DNA of 64,000 nucleotides from a virus. Lineage: Duplodnaviria > Caudoviricetes. Of this stretch, positions 8,720-17,956 are shown piece after piece (position 1 is the first letter of the stretch; each line of letters begins with the position of its first letter). Both the position numbers and the translations under genes were made by a program. Below the pieces are notes generated by a model. That model did not search any database. It saw nothing but the letters and a program-made list of their open reading frames with translations, and had not been told where the DNA came from. The stretch is from positions 128,001 to 192,000 of the IMG/VR virus record IMGVR_UViG_3300028591_000075; one strand, given 5' to 3'.

Positions 8720-9607
8720 ATGGTGCTGGAAAAGATATTGACAGAAGCTGAGATTGGCTCATTGCCAGAAGGTATTGCAGCCAAAATCGAGTCGGACTAC
8801 CAGTCGAGGTTGGAGGCCGGTGTCAAGGCAGAATCTAAAAAGACTGCCGAGAAGTTCTCCAAATTACTTGAATCCGTTAACAACAAAGTTGAAGATAAAA
8901 TCAACGCCGCAGTAGAGTCGTGCATGGCAAACATGCAGACCGATGCTATCAATACCAAGATGTATGCGGCTTTGAAAGGCGTTGCCGCTATTCTTGAAAA
9001 CTCTCTTGGTGTTGACGGATTTGGTGATACACAGACTGTTAAGGACTTGAAGCGTGAATTGGCCAAGGTCAATCTTGAATTGAAAGAGAATTACATCAAG
9101 CATGAGGAACTTACTGACCGTCTCAATAAGGCCAATGCTGAAAAGAAAGTTCTCAATCTTTGCCAGGGTCTTGACCCCAATACGGTCAACAATGTCCTCG
9201 ACCATTTCCGTGGTCATGATGAACGTGAAATCACCAAGGAAACTGTCACTGCATTCATCAACTCTCATCTCATCGATGACCAGAATGGTTTTGTCCTCGA
9301 TGTCGATCCTGATCCGAACGATATCAACATGGACAAGATCCGCAATGCCATCAAGGATGCCGACGATTTCCAGTTGGACTTCAATGGTAACGATGACCCT
9401 GTCCAGCAGAAGCAGACAGCCGCACAGCGCAACTTTGTCGAATCTGTTGGCCGTGGCCTGAAACCGCAGAAAATCGGGCTCCAGGGCACGACTGTCACTC
9501 TCGAATCCATTCGTGAGGAGAATGCCGAACCGGCTGATGACGTTGGACTTGCCATGAAGCAGATGGCTGCCTACGACGAACTGGGCATCGGTGGCCGTTT
9601 CGGGTAG
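8720..9607 (+). CDS. Prohead scaffold/core protein (gp22-like)
   Basis: Acidic coiled-coil protein directly after gp21, with many L/I-x-E sites. Confidence 0.7.
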   Translation: MVLEKILTEAEIGSLPEGIAAKIESDYQSRLEAGVKAESKKTAEKFSKLLESVNNKVEDKINAAVESCMANMQTDAINTKMYAALKGVAAILENSLGVDGFGDTQTVKDLKRELAKVNLELKENYIKHEELTDRLNKANAEKKVLNLCQGLDPNTVNNVLDHFRGHDEREITKETVTAFINSHLIDDQNGFVLDVDPDPNDINMDKIRNAIKDADDFQLDFNGNDDPVQQKQTAAQRNFVESVGRGLKPQKIGLQGTTVTLESIREENAEPADDVGLAMKQMAAYDELGIGGRFG

Positions 9608-9634
9608 TCAACAGTGTCATAAATTGACAAACAT

Positions 9635-9664
9635 AGGCGGCATTCGTGCCGCCTTTCTTGTTTT
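9635..9664 (+). terminator. Intrinsic terminator
   Basis: AGGCGGCA-TTCG-TGCCGCCT-TTCTTGTTTT. Confidence 0.88.
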
Positions 9665-9715
9665 GTAACAAAGAGATAGTTTTACCCTGGATACGGTACC
9701 GTCCTCGGTGACGGC

Positions 9716-9723
9716 TATAAACT
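9716..9723 (+). promoter_or_regulatory. Late promoter TATAAACT
   Basis: ACGGCTATAAACT, same 13-mer as at 7744-7756. Confidence 0.8.
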
Positions 9724-9738
9724 GTAGAAGAGGTATTT

Positions 9739-10311
9739 ATGCGTTCTCAGAGAGATTACAACCAGCCGCAGCAACAACCCGGTCTCGTTATTCCGGGAAT
9801 GGGTCCCGGTTCCATGCCACCGGCACAGCCAGGTTTCCCTCCCCAGCAAATGACGATGCCCGGTGGAAATTATGCGCCAAATCCTTACCCATACAACCAG
9901 ATGGGTGCTGAATTTGGTGGCCCTGGGTATGTGCAGGGGAACTTCCCTCAACAGCAACAGCAGCCGAACCAGGGTGGGTGGGTTTCTCCGGGCTACCGAG
10001 ATCCTAATTCCATTTCTGATGTGATGGACGCTGCTCAGGCCGATGCGGCCGTGGACAAGTATGATGCCCTCATCAACCAGTTGAACGGTATCGACCCTGA
10101 ACTTTCCGAAGTCCGGGCCGGCGGTGCTGTCGTCACGAAGAGTGTCGATGCCACTTACCATGAAATGCTTCGTGTCATCAAGCTTCTGGAATTCCCGGAA
10201 GAATGGATTCCCCCTACACGTGCAAAGTACGTCGAGACCGTTCGTGCCGGTGGTAAGCCAATTGTTGACAAGTTGAAGAACTATGCAGCCCAGATTGCCA
10301 AACTGAGGTAA
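9739..10311 (+). CDS. Hypothetical protein with Q/P/G-rich disordered N-terminus and helical C-terminal domain
   Basis: Composition; GAGG SD. Confidence 0.8.
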   Translation: MRSQRDYNQPQQQPGLVIPGMGPGSMPPAQPGFPPQQMTMPGGNYAPNPYPYNQMGAEFGGPGYVQGNFPQQQQQPNQGGWVSPGYRDPNSISDVMDAAQADAAVDKYDALINQLNGIDPELSEVRAGGAVVTKSVDATYHEMLRVIKLLEFPEEWIPPTRAKYVETVRAGGKPIVDKLKNYAAQIAKLR

Positions 10312-10316
10312 ACTTA

Positions 10317-12722
10317 ATGTTCGGCCTTACCCCGCGTGTATTCAATGTCAAGTCGTTTGCCCAGGTGGGCATTCTTACTGTGCTGGATGAAAATATTGGC
10401 ATCACCATAACCGGTGCCGGTATCGATTCCGATGACCCCGAAATCTATGAACGGTTTGAGGTGGAATACCTGCCCAGGTATGGCGGAATTGACGAATCGT
10501 GGAACGTAGTGTGGAAAGGCGAGGAAACCGTCTCCGGCATGATCCGGTACGAGGTCCCCGTCTATATTGAATTTACCAATAAGTATGGCGAGCACGGCAA
10601 CTGGAAGGGAACCTTTGCCGTCTATGGCAAGGGCAGTGATGTCAAGAAGCCCGTCGTACAATACATCGATAACATCGCAACAAAGGTCGGCACGACTGAA
10701 TATGTCACCATTTATGGTCATGACTTCAACGACGACCTGATTGTGTTTCTCGACAAGCCGGATGGTACGTGCGTTTCCCTTTCCGGCAAGGATTTATATC
10801 GCACCTATGGCGAAGATGGGGAATATGATACCATTTCATTCATATTCGGCAAGCCATTCGTTGCACTGGATTCTACCTGTTCCGAAATTTGCGGCACCTA
10901 TGCGGTGAACCTTGGCTATGGAGAATGTGGCGCCAACAGTATCGAAGCTGGTTCCGCCGATTTTTCGACTGCTTGGAACAATAACCTGTATCTCATCAGG
11001 TATCGGTTTGACAGCGAAAGCAAGGAATTGAGCGAGCAGACGCCTGGCGGCATGATGGCTACGGTTGATCCGAAGTGCTTCTACTCAACCGAAATTGAAC
11101 TGGTCAAGGATGACTATGACTCCGACAGCAAGACACCGTCAAGTGGCGGAGTGACCAGCTCCCTAGGAAGCAACATCTATTTCCGCATCAAGCCAGATAC
11201 GGATTGCTCCAAGCTCGCATATTACCGAGTGAAACTCAAATACTCCCACAACCTCCCAAAGAAGTCCGGTGAACTGACGCTTGATGGTGTTGCGTTATCC
11301 GAAGGCGACCTGGTGTGGTTGGATAAGCAGTTTGATGGCAGCAACGGCCTCTGGATTGTTCAAAGCGGGGAATGGATTGGTCTTAAATCCTATCTTGATG
11401 GGCAGGCCGGATATGACGAGTATTACAACCCGTGCCAGCGCCCTGAACAGGAGCCGCTTCCGGTTGACTCCAACATCATCGCGGATCTCGGTGTCCATGT
11501 AAAGGACAAGGTTACTGTCGCATGCGACAGCGATGTGCCCACCGAGAAACGCTATGGTACCCAGAAGATATGCAATACGATCGTACGACCGGGTGACACG
11601 GTTCTTTTGACCAATCAGAGTGATGGCACTAACGGTGTGTGGGAAGTGACATGTGCCGAATGGATACAGCGTTCCGATACCATTCCTTCACACAGTGGCA
11701 CCACAATTTCGGGTGATGATTTTGTAGTGGTGCAGAATGATATCGATTTTTGTACTTGTGAACATAATGGCAAGAATATCTTCCACATCTGGTACTACTA
11801 TTTGAACGGTGCATGCTATTTGGCCCGTGCAACCCGTACTGTCAAGATTACATGCGGCTTGAAGGGCAGCCTGTTCCCGTCCCAGGGAGTGGACGTTACT
11901 GATTATAAGATTTCAGCCGATGCCGACCCGGACCTTGTCAAGGACACCCGCCGCACCGCCGGCGATCCGGTCAGGGAAACCTGTATGGAGGAAGTGGAGA
12001 ACTATGATGCCGACCACCGCGTGGACATCAAGGATGACAGGTTCGGGTGTGGGGATGAAGTCATAGTCGCTCCGAATGGCATGAAGATTTGCCGTTGCAA
12101 GCATGTGTACAATGTGGATAATGAAACGGCCTTCTCGTCAAGGGACCGCAACGGATTCAGTATCGTATTCTGGCAATATGATGAAAGTGACGAGCGTTGG
12201 CATCTGTATGCCTACATCGGCGCCGGTCGCTACGATATTGGAATGAATTACTATGTGTACCATATCTGCACCAGCGGCATTGCCGGTGAAGAGAATGTGG
12301 ACGAAAATGTCGAAATCATTCCCATTGGCGAAGATGGGAAACCCGCTACCGAGACGACCAAAGATGCCTGGTTCATCAACCACGGCGGAAAGCTGGCTAC
12401 CGGTTTCGGGCTGTTCGACGATACATGGAATTTCAAGATGGTCGATCCTGAAACCGATGAGGTTTCGTACACCCATGTACTCAACCAGAAGACGCTTTAT
12501 TCCAGCTGGGCTATCAAGTGCACCACGACCATGTGTAGCGCCAGGGTCTATACCGACACCTCTATTCTGAGAACAACCTGCGCCGATATGGCCGATGCGG
12601 AGAAGACCGGTTCGGTCATGTCCGAAGCGTTTCCGACACCGGACACCTGGGGTTTCAAGTTCTATAACGAAGCCCTCTCCAAGGGGCGCCTGTGCAACAT
12701 TTGGAACTCTATGCCACATTAG
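10317..12722 (+). CDS. Cys-rich virion structural protein
   Basis: Two copies of the (LDGV.L..)GD.V.L..Q.DG.NG.W.V....W module seen in phage fibre/decoration proteins. Confidence 0.65.
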   Translation: MFGLTPRVFNVKSFAQVGILTVLDENIGITITGAGIDSDDPEIYERFEVEYLPRYGGIDESWNVVWKGEETVSGMIRYEVPVYIEFTNKYGEHGNWKGTFAVYGKGSDVKKPVVQYIDNIATKVGTTEYVTIYGHDFNDDLIVFLDKPDGTCVSLSGKDLYRTYGEDGEYDTISFIFGKPFVALDSTCSEICGTYAVNLGYGECGANSIEAGSADFSTAWNNNLYLIRYRFDSESKELSEQTPGGMMATVDPKCFYSTEIELVKDDYDSDSKTPSSGGVTSSLGSNIYFRIKPDTDCSKLAYYRVKLKYSHNLPKKSGELTLDGVALSEGDLVWLDKQFDGSNGLWIVQSGEWIGLKSYLDGQAGYDEYYNPCQRPEQEPLPVDSNIIADLGVHVKDKVTVACDSDVPTEKRYGTQKICNTIVRPGDTVLLTNQSDGTNGVWEVTCAEWIQRSDTIPSHSGTTISGDDFVVVQNDIDFCTCEHNGKNIFHIWYYYLNGACYLARATRTVKITCGLKGSLFPSQGVDVTDYKISADADPDLVKDTRRTAGDPVRETCMEEVENYDADHRVDIKDDRFGCGDEVIVAPNGMKICRCKHVYNVDNETAFSSRDRNGFSIVFWQYDESDERWHLYAYIGAGRYDIGMNYYVYHICTSGIAGEENVDENVEIIPIGEDGKPATETTKDAWFINHGGKLATGFGLFDDTWNFKMVDPETDEVSYTHVLNQKTLYSSWAIKCTTTMCSARVYTDTSILRTTCADMADAEKTGSVMSEAFPTPDTWGFKFYNEALSKGRLCNIWNSMPH

Positions 12723-12737
12723 GGAATAGTTTTCCCT

Positions 12738-13484
12738 ATGGATAGAAGTCAAAGGATTTTTACAATGAGCCAAGATAACAAGGTTACGCACTACTCATCC
12801 AAGGTAAAGGCAAGCATGCCCGCGAAGATGCAGCCGGAATTTGATGAGAATGGAAACCAGACCGAACTCTCCATGCTTTATGGCACAATCGACAAGGCAT
12901 ATCTCACGAAACTCCTTGTCGAACACCGCGAGAAGATGCTCCCGTACAAGGCCCTTTGCAAGGAAGTCGGCAAGGAAAAGGCGAAGGAAATTCCTCGCCC
13001 GGTGATGGATCCGCGTCTTGCCAGGATTATCCAGATTGTCATCGAGAAGACTTTGGGTTCCGCCCGTTTCTCGGGATATACTCCGGAATGGAAGGAAGAG
13101 TTCAGAGGCCATGCCTTGCTTCTTGCCTTGAACTACATCCACAACTATGACCCGTCCAAGACGAAGACGGCAAAGAGTAACGACCCGTACAACTACATCC
13201 GCCGCTGCGTGAAGTGCGCGTTCTTCCAGAAGTGGGAGATGCTCAACAAGCGCAGCGAGATGGTCCAGTTCGTTCCGCTTGACGAGGGCATCTTGCACTC
13301 CTGCATCGCGTTCGACCAGTATGCCGGCATGGTGAAGCGCGAGAAACAGCGTCGCCACTGGGGCGCATCCGCGAATGCTGGTCTTACCGGGGACACAATC
13401 GACGAGGCTATCCAGAAGGTCGAGAGGCTGGACAAGGCTGTCGAAGACGACAATGTCCTTCCCGAAGATATGGAACAGTTATAA
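12738..13484 (+). CDS. gp55: Late-transcription sigma factor (gp55-like); start may be 12765
   Basis: RFSGYTPEWKEE...NYIHNYDP...PYNYI..CV..AF matches T4 gp55 NFSGYTQSWKQE...LHNFD...PHAYIT..CFNAF. Confidence 0.9.
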   Translation: MDRSQRIFTMSQDNKVTHYSSKVKASMPAKMQPEFDENGNQTELSMLYGTIDKAYLTKLLVEHREKMLPYKALCKEVGKEKAKEIPRPVMDPRLARIIQIVIEKTLGSARFSGYTPEWKEEFRGHALLLALNYIHNYDPSKTKTAKSNDPYNYIRRCVKCAFFQKWEMLNKRSEMVQFVPLDEGILHSCIAFDQYAGMVKREKQRRHWGASANAGLTGDTIDEAIQKVERLDKAVEDDNVLPEDMEQL

Positions 13485-13487
13485 ACT
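13480..13487 (+). promoter_or_regulatory. Late promoter TATAAACT overlapping the gp55 stop codon
   Basis: Exact motif. Confidence 0.7.
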
Positions 13488-13521
13488 TACGACGTAAAGA
13501 TTTAGCTTCGTAGGTGTCCAA

Positions 13522-14001
13522 ATGGGAATCAGAGTAAACAACGGTGATGCAGTAGGGATGATTGGTAACAATTTCGATACCCATCCGGACTATCGTCATG
13601 ACCTCTTCTTGCAGGTCCAGCAGCTGGCGCGTGGTGTCGGTGACGTTACTAGCGGGAAGGCCGACGAGTTCCTTGAACGTGCCTACGAGCAGAACTGGTG
13701 GCACACCGAGGACAAGCTGGCCGAGGTGCAGGACAAGTTCCAGGAAGATGACATGATCAACAATACTCCGGGGCGCGGTTCCAAGAACTATCGCCGCATG
13801 GAGTACGACATCATCAAGAACCCCAATGGCAAGGGTGCCGAACCTGACCGCAAGGCCGCCGAGGAAAAGGGCCTCCTCACCAAGGAGGAACTGCTTGAAC
13901 GTCTCAAATCCAAGAAGTGGACGCTCTGCACGACCGCAAGTGCCGTCAGCAGCACCCCGATTACCCAGAAGGATTACGACGGCCAAATTAAGCTCCGCTA
14001 A
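13522..14001 (+). CDS. Hypothetical protein
   Basis: ORF with strong codon bias, AGGT SD. Confidence 0.8.
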   Translation: MGIRVNNGDAVGMIGNNFDTHPDYRHDLFLQVQQLARGVGDVTSGKADEFLERAYEQNWWHTEDKLAEVQDKFQEDDMINNTPGRGSKNYRRMEYDIIKNPNGKGAEPDRKAAEEKGLLTKEELLERLKSKKWTLCTTASAVSSTPITQKDYDGQIKLR

Positions 14002-14024
14002 GTTTCAACTTGAAACAATTCATG

Positions 14025-14061
14025 AAAAAGTGTCGATTTTATTCAAAAATCGGCACTTTTT
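14025..14061. repeat. 16-bp inverted repeat (terminator or activator site)
   Basis: AAAAAGTGTCGATTTT-ATTCA-AAAATCGGCACTTTTT, one mismatch. Confidence 0.8.
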
Positions 14062-14066
14062 ATAAT

Positions 14067-14082
14067 TGGCACGCATTTTGCA
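14067..14082 (+). promoter_or_regulatory. Sigma-54 (-24/-12) promoter of hsp20
   Basis: TGGCACG-CATT-TTGCA with exact GG-N10-GC spacing. Confidence 0.8.
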
Positions 14083-14126
14083 ATAGGAACAATGAAAAAA
14101 CAAAAGGATTAACAAAGGAGTTAATA

Positions 14127-14513
14127 ATGTCCAAAGAATTAAGTATTTTCCCGTTTGGTTCTTTCTTCGGTAGGGGCTTCGGTGACTGGATGAACGAAAT
14201 CGCTGACAATGGTGCCGTTGGCAACATCGCCTGCTACAAGTCCGAGACCGAGACCGGGACCACGTTCATGTTTGATGTGCCGGGTGTCCAGAAGGATGCC
14301 ATTGACATCGGGTTCGATGACAACGGTCGCATCTTGACCGTAAGCGCCGTGCGTAAGTTCGACGATACCGAGGTGAAGATGAAGGCTCGCGTTGCGGTTC
14401 CCGAAAAGGCCGACTCGACCGGCGATGTCAAGTGCGCGTTGAAGGATGGTGTGTTGACCGTTACGGTCCCGTTGAAGAAGGAATCCCAGCCCCGCAAGCT
14501 GATGATTGAATAA
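14127..14513 (+). CDS. hsp20: Small heat shock protein (Hsp20/alpha-crystallin)
   Basis: DVPGVQKDAIDI, LTVSA and ALKDGVLTVTVP motifs, C-terminal I-x-I-like LMIE; AAGGAG SD. Confidence 0.93.
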   Translation: MSKELSIFPFGSFFGRGFGDWMNEIADNGAVGNIACYKSETETGTTFMFDVPGVQKDAIDIGFDDNGRILTVSAVRKFDDTEVKMKARVAVPEKADSTGDVKCALKDGVLTVTVPLKKESQPRKLMIE

Positions 14514-14532
14514 TCTTCTGGCGAACAATTAT

Positions 14533-14562
14533 GGCCGTCCATCCGGGCGGCCTTTTTTATTT
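14533..14562. terminator. Intrinsic terminator between convergent genes
   Basis: GGCCGTCC-ATCC-GGGCGGCC-TTTTTT. Confidence 0.85.
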
Positions 14563-14564
14563 AC

Positions 14565-14945
14565 TTAGGAATTTGCGTACTTTTCGAGCTTTTGTTTCAG
14601 TCTTGCTTTCAGAGGCGCCTTATCGACCTGTTCAATGGCCTCGCGGAGTGCCTGAACGAAGTCCTTCTTGGGGGTATTCCCGCGTGCTTCTTCGATGACT
14701 TGCATCGGGGTCTTTTCCTTTTCTTCCTGTTTCGGGGCTTCCTGGGTTTCCTGCTTCGGTTCTTCTTTCTTCTCGTCTTCCAGGCCGTACTTGCAGTGGC
14801 CGTTGCAGTCGGGATCGCCGCAGGGGCAGTCGCCGGTTGCTTCGATAATCACCGTCTTCATGCCGGTGATGACACTTTCCAGTACGACACGGTCCTTGAT
14901 CGATGCCTTTGCTTCCTTAAAATACCTATCAAGTTCTTCTTTCAT
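14565..14945 (-). CDS. Charged hypothetical protein, putative head-internal protein
   Basis: Leader YFKEA...VLESV...IIEA, then CPCGDPDCNGHC; GAGG SD; TATAAGTCT variant upstream. Confidence 0.7.
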   Translation of the reverse strand: MKEELDRYFKEAKASIKDRVVLESVITGMKTVIIEATGDCPCGDPDCNGHCKYGLEDEKKEEPKQETQEAPKQEEKEKTPMQVIEEARGNTPKKDFVQALREAIEQVDKAPLKARLKQKLEKYANS

Positions 14946-15008
14946 CGGGGATACCTCGCCATAGACTTATAGGTTCGACCCGCTAAAACATATAAATCTA
15001 TCGCTGAA

Positions 15009-16634
15009 ATGACGCCGTTCTACTATGTAAGAGAAATCGAGAAGCTGCTTGTCGCCATCTACGACATGTTCGACAACCTGCGCGTGAACAAGTACACTGA
15101 CATGAACCGCACCGAATATGCGGATACGGTCAGGGTCAAGCTCGTGACGCACTATTCGGATGACTTCGCCAACTGGTTGAGCTCCACAATGAGCAAGCAG
15201 CAGCTGCAGGTCCTGCCGGTCGCGGGACTGCGTTTCGTCAGTACATCGAAAGATGACAGCAACCTGGTCCAGCCGACATACGCGAGGGAAATCTATTCCA
15301 GGCGCAACGACTTCTGGATTAGGGACATCCAGCCGAAACCTACCGTGTTCAGGTTCGAACTCACGGTCCTCTCCAACAATTTCTCCGACTTCGCGCAGTT
15401 GAAGGAAAACATTGAACCTTACTTCAACGATTACAGAACGGTCCGCCTGAAAGAATTTGACTTTGCGCCCGAGATTGAACAGCCGGTTCCAATCTTCCTG
15501 GCCGGAGTGAACGACAGTCTTGAAGACGAAACAGACAATACCGGTTCAAAGTTCCAGCAGTACAAGACTACCTACCAGCTTGAAGCCCACGGCCTGATGC
15601 ACAAGCCGTACGCGCTTCCTGCGGAAATCCGCTATGCCGAGATGAACTTCATCGTGAACAAGCAGTACAACGATGTCGAGCAGATCCTGGTGTACCCGGA
15701 CGAGATTGCCAAGCAGAAACGCCGCGCATGGGAAACCGTGGAGCCGTCCATCAGGGAAGGATATTCCCTGTTGAAGACATTTGCCAAGACCCTCGTCCGG
15801 CGCGGCGAGGTTGATGGCGAGGAATACTGGGCAGACGAGACCATCAGGTACGCCATGCTCACATACAACGAGATTAGCGGAGTTGATACTAGCGGCAACA
15901 ACATCGGTACCAACCCAATCTTGAAGGGCTACCAGAGGGACGAGAATGGCGAATACGTCCTCGATGCTGATGGTGACCGCATTCCGATTTACGACTGGGA
16001 ACAGGTCATTGTCGATGACATCGAACGTCCTGCGGAGGTGCCGTCTTTCGACCTTATCCATCTCACGTTTGATGAAGACAGCCCGGTTGCGACTGACATG
16101 AGCGGTCTAGGCCGAGACTTCGTTGCAGTGAATGACGATACACGCAAGTTCATTCCGGGACTTCCTCCGGGAAACGGAACGAATACCGATGGCGGTTATG
16201 TATATGACACACCGACCGGTGACGATTCCAGGCTTTATTGGTCCCAGATTCTGAACTGGTTCGGCGATAACAAGGAAGGCACAATCGAGAGCCCGTACAC
16301 CTTCAAGGCTACATTGCAGTTCCATGAAAGTGTTCCGGGTGATACGCTGTTCCAGTATCTGTACAACCCGAACGAGGTGACCCTTGAAGACGGTACGGTG
16401 ATACCCGCTGAAAGCGTATGGTTCGACTGGGGCGTGATGGACAGCAAACTGTATTTCACCTATCACACCACGACCCAGAGTCGGACGTTCGAGACGGAGA
16501 CATTTGAGTTCGACAACCAGATGATTTATTCATTCTACTTCGTGCTGTATGACCATGGCAAGAAGGGTATATTCGGCGTGAAGACCAACCTCAACGATAC
16601 CATGGTGGCGTTGAAGACCGTGGAGGTTGACTAA
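15009..16634 (+). CDS. gp15: Tail terminator/sheath stabiliser (gp15-like) with C-terminal extension
   Basis: FYYVREIEKLL.....MFDNLRV, LPVAG and ENIEPYF match the gp15 pattern; TATAAATC at 14991. Confidence 0.8.
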   Translation: MTPFYYVREIEKLLVAIYDMFDNLRVNKYTDMNRTEYADTVRVKLVTHYSDDFANWLSSTMSKQQLQVLPVAGLRFVSTSKDDSNLVQPTYAREIYSRRNDFWIRDIQPKPTVFRFELTVLSNNFSDFAQLKENIEPYFNDYRTVRLKEFDFAPEIEQPVPIFLAGVNDSLEDETDNTGSKFQQYKTTYQLEAHGLMHKPYALPAEIRYAEMNFIVNKQYNDVEQILVYPDEIAKQKRRAWETVEPSIREGYSLLKTFAKTLVRRGEVDGEEYWADETIRYAMLTYNEISGVDTSGNNIGTNPILKGYQRDENGEYVLDADGDRIPIYDWEQVIVDDIERPAEVPSFDLIHLTFDEDSPVATDMSGLGRDFVAVNDDTRKFIPGLPPGNGTNTDGGYVYDTPTGDDSRLYWSQILNWFGDNKEGTIESPYTFKATLQFHESVPGDTLFQYLYNPNEVTLEDGTVIPAESVWFDWGVMDSKLYFTYHTTTQSRTFETETFEFDNQMIYSFYFVLYDHGKKGIFGVKTNLNDTMVALKTVEVD

Positions 16635-17302
16635 TGACGGTCGCCGAGATAATCGAGATGCAGCGCAAGAAGTGCGAGGCCGATAAGCAGGCCAAGCTGC
16701 AGAAGCGTGCTGCACCAAAGCCGGCACCTGTTCCACCAAAGCCGGCAAAGCCGAAACCGAGTGATGTGGAACGTGCCTATATTGAGGACCGCACATATGA
16801 TGGCAAGGTTCCGGAAGGTGGCATGCGTGGCATCATGCGTAAGGAAAACCCGGAAGAGTATGTGGGTCGAGATGGTACCAAGACCTTCGTACCGTGGCGC
16901 TATGTCTCGATGCAGGACCTTGAACTTCCCGATAACGGCAATCCGTACCGTAAGCCTGAACAGGATACTAATACGAAGAAGCCCCTTGACCCGTGGGGGC
17001 GCCCGTCCGGGTATGTAGGTTCGGCAGCCGGTCCAAACATGTCCCCTGAATATGACCCGTGGTCTGTATCCGGAACCGTCCCGTCGTCACAGGGTGGCCA
17101 GGCCGGTGGGTGGGATGATTGGCTTGCGCCGGCTCCCATGCAGCAACCGATGCCACAGAATGCGGCGCCGGCACAGTCCGGTGGATGGGATTCCTGGATG
17201 TCTCCCGCTCCCGCCCCGGAAGCAGCTCCGGAACAAATTGAACAACAACCGGTCGCCGACACCAATGGAACCTTGGACATAATGCGCTCCATGCGACCGT
17301 AA
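16634..17302 (+). CDS. Pro-rich disordered hypothetical protein
   Basis: Start coupled to the gp15 stop (TAATG); DPW x2 and GGWDxW x2. Confidence 0.75.
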   Translation: MTVAEIIEMQRKKCEADKQAKLQKRAAPKPAPVPPKPAKPKPSDVERAYIEDRTYDGKVPEGGMRGIMRKENPEEYVGRDGTKTFVPWRYVSMQDLELPDNGNPYRKPEQDTNTKKPLDPWGRPSGYVGSAAGPNMSPEYDPWSVSGTVPSSQGGQAGGWDDWLAPAPMQQPMPQNAAPAQSGGWDSWMSPAPAPEAAPEQIEQQPVADTNGTLDIMRSMRP

Positions 17303-17337
17303 GGAACTAATTTTATAACAAAAAGGAAGATACCATA

Positions 17338-17955
17338 ATGGGAATGAGCATTCAAGACATTCTTAAGGCACAGCAGCGGGCTGCTAGTGCAACTCGTAAG
17401 TTTAAGCCGGCACCATACAGAAAGCCTGAACCCAATGCCGGTAATCGTACAGTGCAAGACTTGCTGAAGGCCCAGCAGACGGCTGCAAGTGCTACCCGTA
17501 AGACTCCCGTTGCTACTGCCGCGAAGCCTGAACCCAATAGCAACGTGGCCGAACTTATCGAACGTCAGCGCGTTATCGCTGCCGCACAGAAGGCTGCCAC
17601 TTCCGGGATAAGCCCTGTTCTCTCGTCCAACCAGAAGGCCGTCGTCGATGCCGTCCGTGAACAGTACAAGAAGTTCCTGACCAAGTTGGACAAGGAACTT
17701 GCTGAACAGGAATTGCGCATGACACCTCCCCCGGCACCTGCACCTGAGCCGGAACCGATCTTCACTCCCAATGTTCCCGGTAACATGGAAGTGGTCATCG
17801 AACCCCAGGTGGCCCCGTCCGACGTGAACGGAATTTCCGTTGGCGAAGAAATGGGTGGCCAGGTGGCAGTATCGACCCGTCCGAAGCGCCGGCGCAGGGT
17901 CAAGATTGCAAAGCAAGACACTACGGCGGTTGAAGAACCGGCGGTTGAAGCCTAA
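17338..17955 (+). CDS. Ala/Pro/Lys-rich hypothetical protein with 34-aa tandem repeats
   Basis: QDxLKAQQxAASATRK...KPEPN repeated with a 102-nt period. Confidence 0.8.
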   Translation: MGMSIQDILKAQQRAASATRKFKPAPYRKPEPNAGNRTVQDLLKAQQTAASATRKTPVATAAKPEPNSNVAELIERQRVIAAAQKAATSGISPVLSSNQKAVVDAVREQYKKFLTKLDKELAEQELRMTPPPAPAPEPEPIFTPNVPGNMEVVIEPQVAPSDVNGISVGEEMGGQVAVSTRPKRRRRVKIAKQDTTAVEEPAVEA

Positions 17956-17956
17956 A

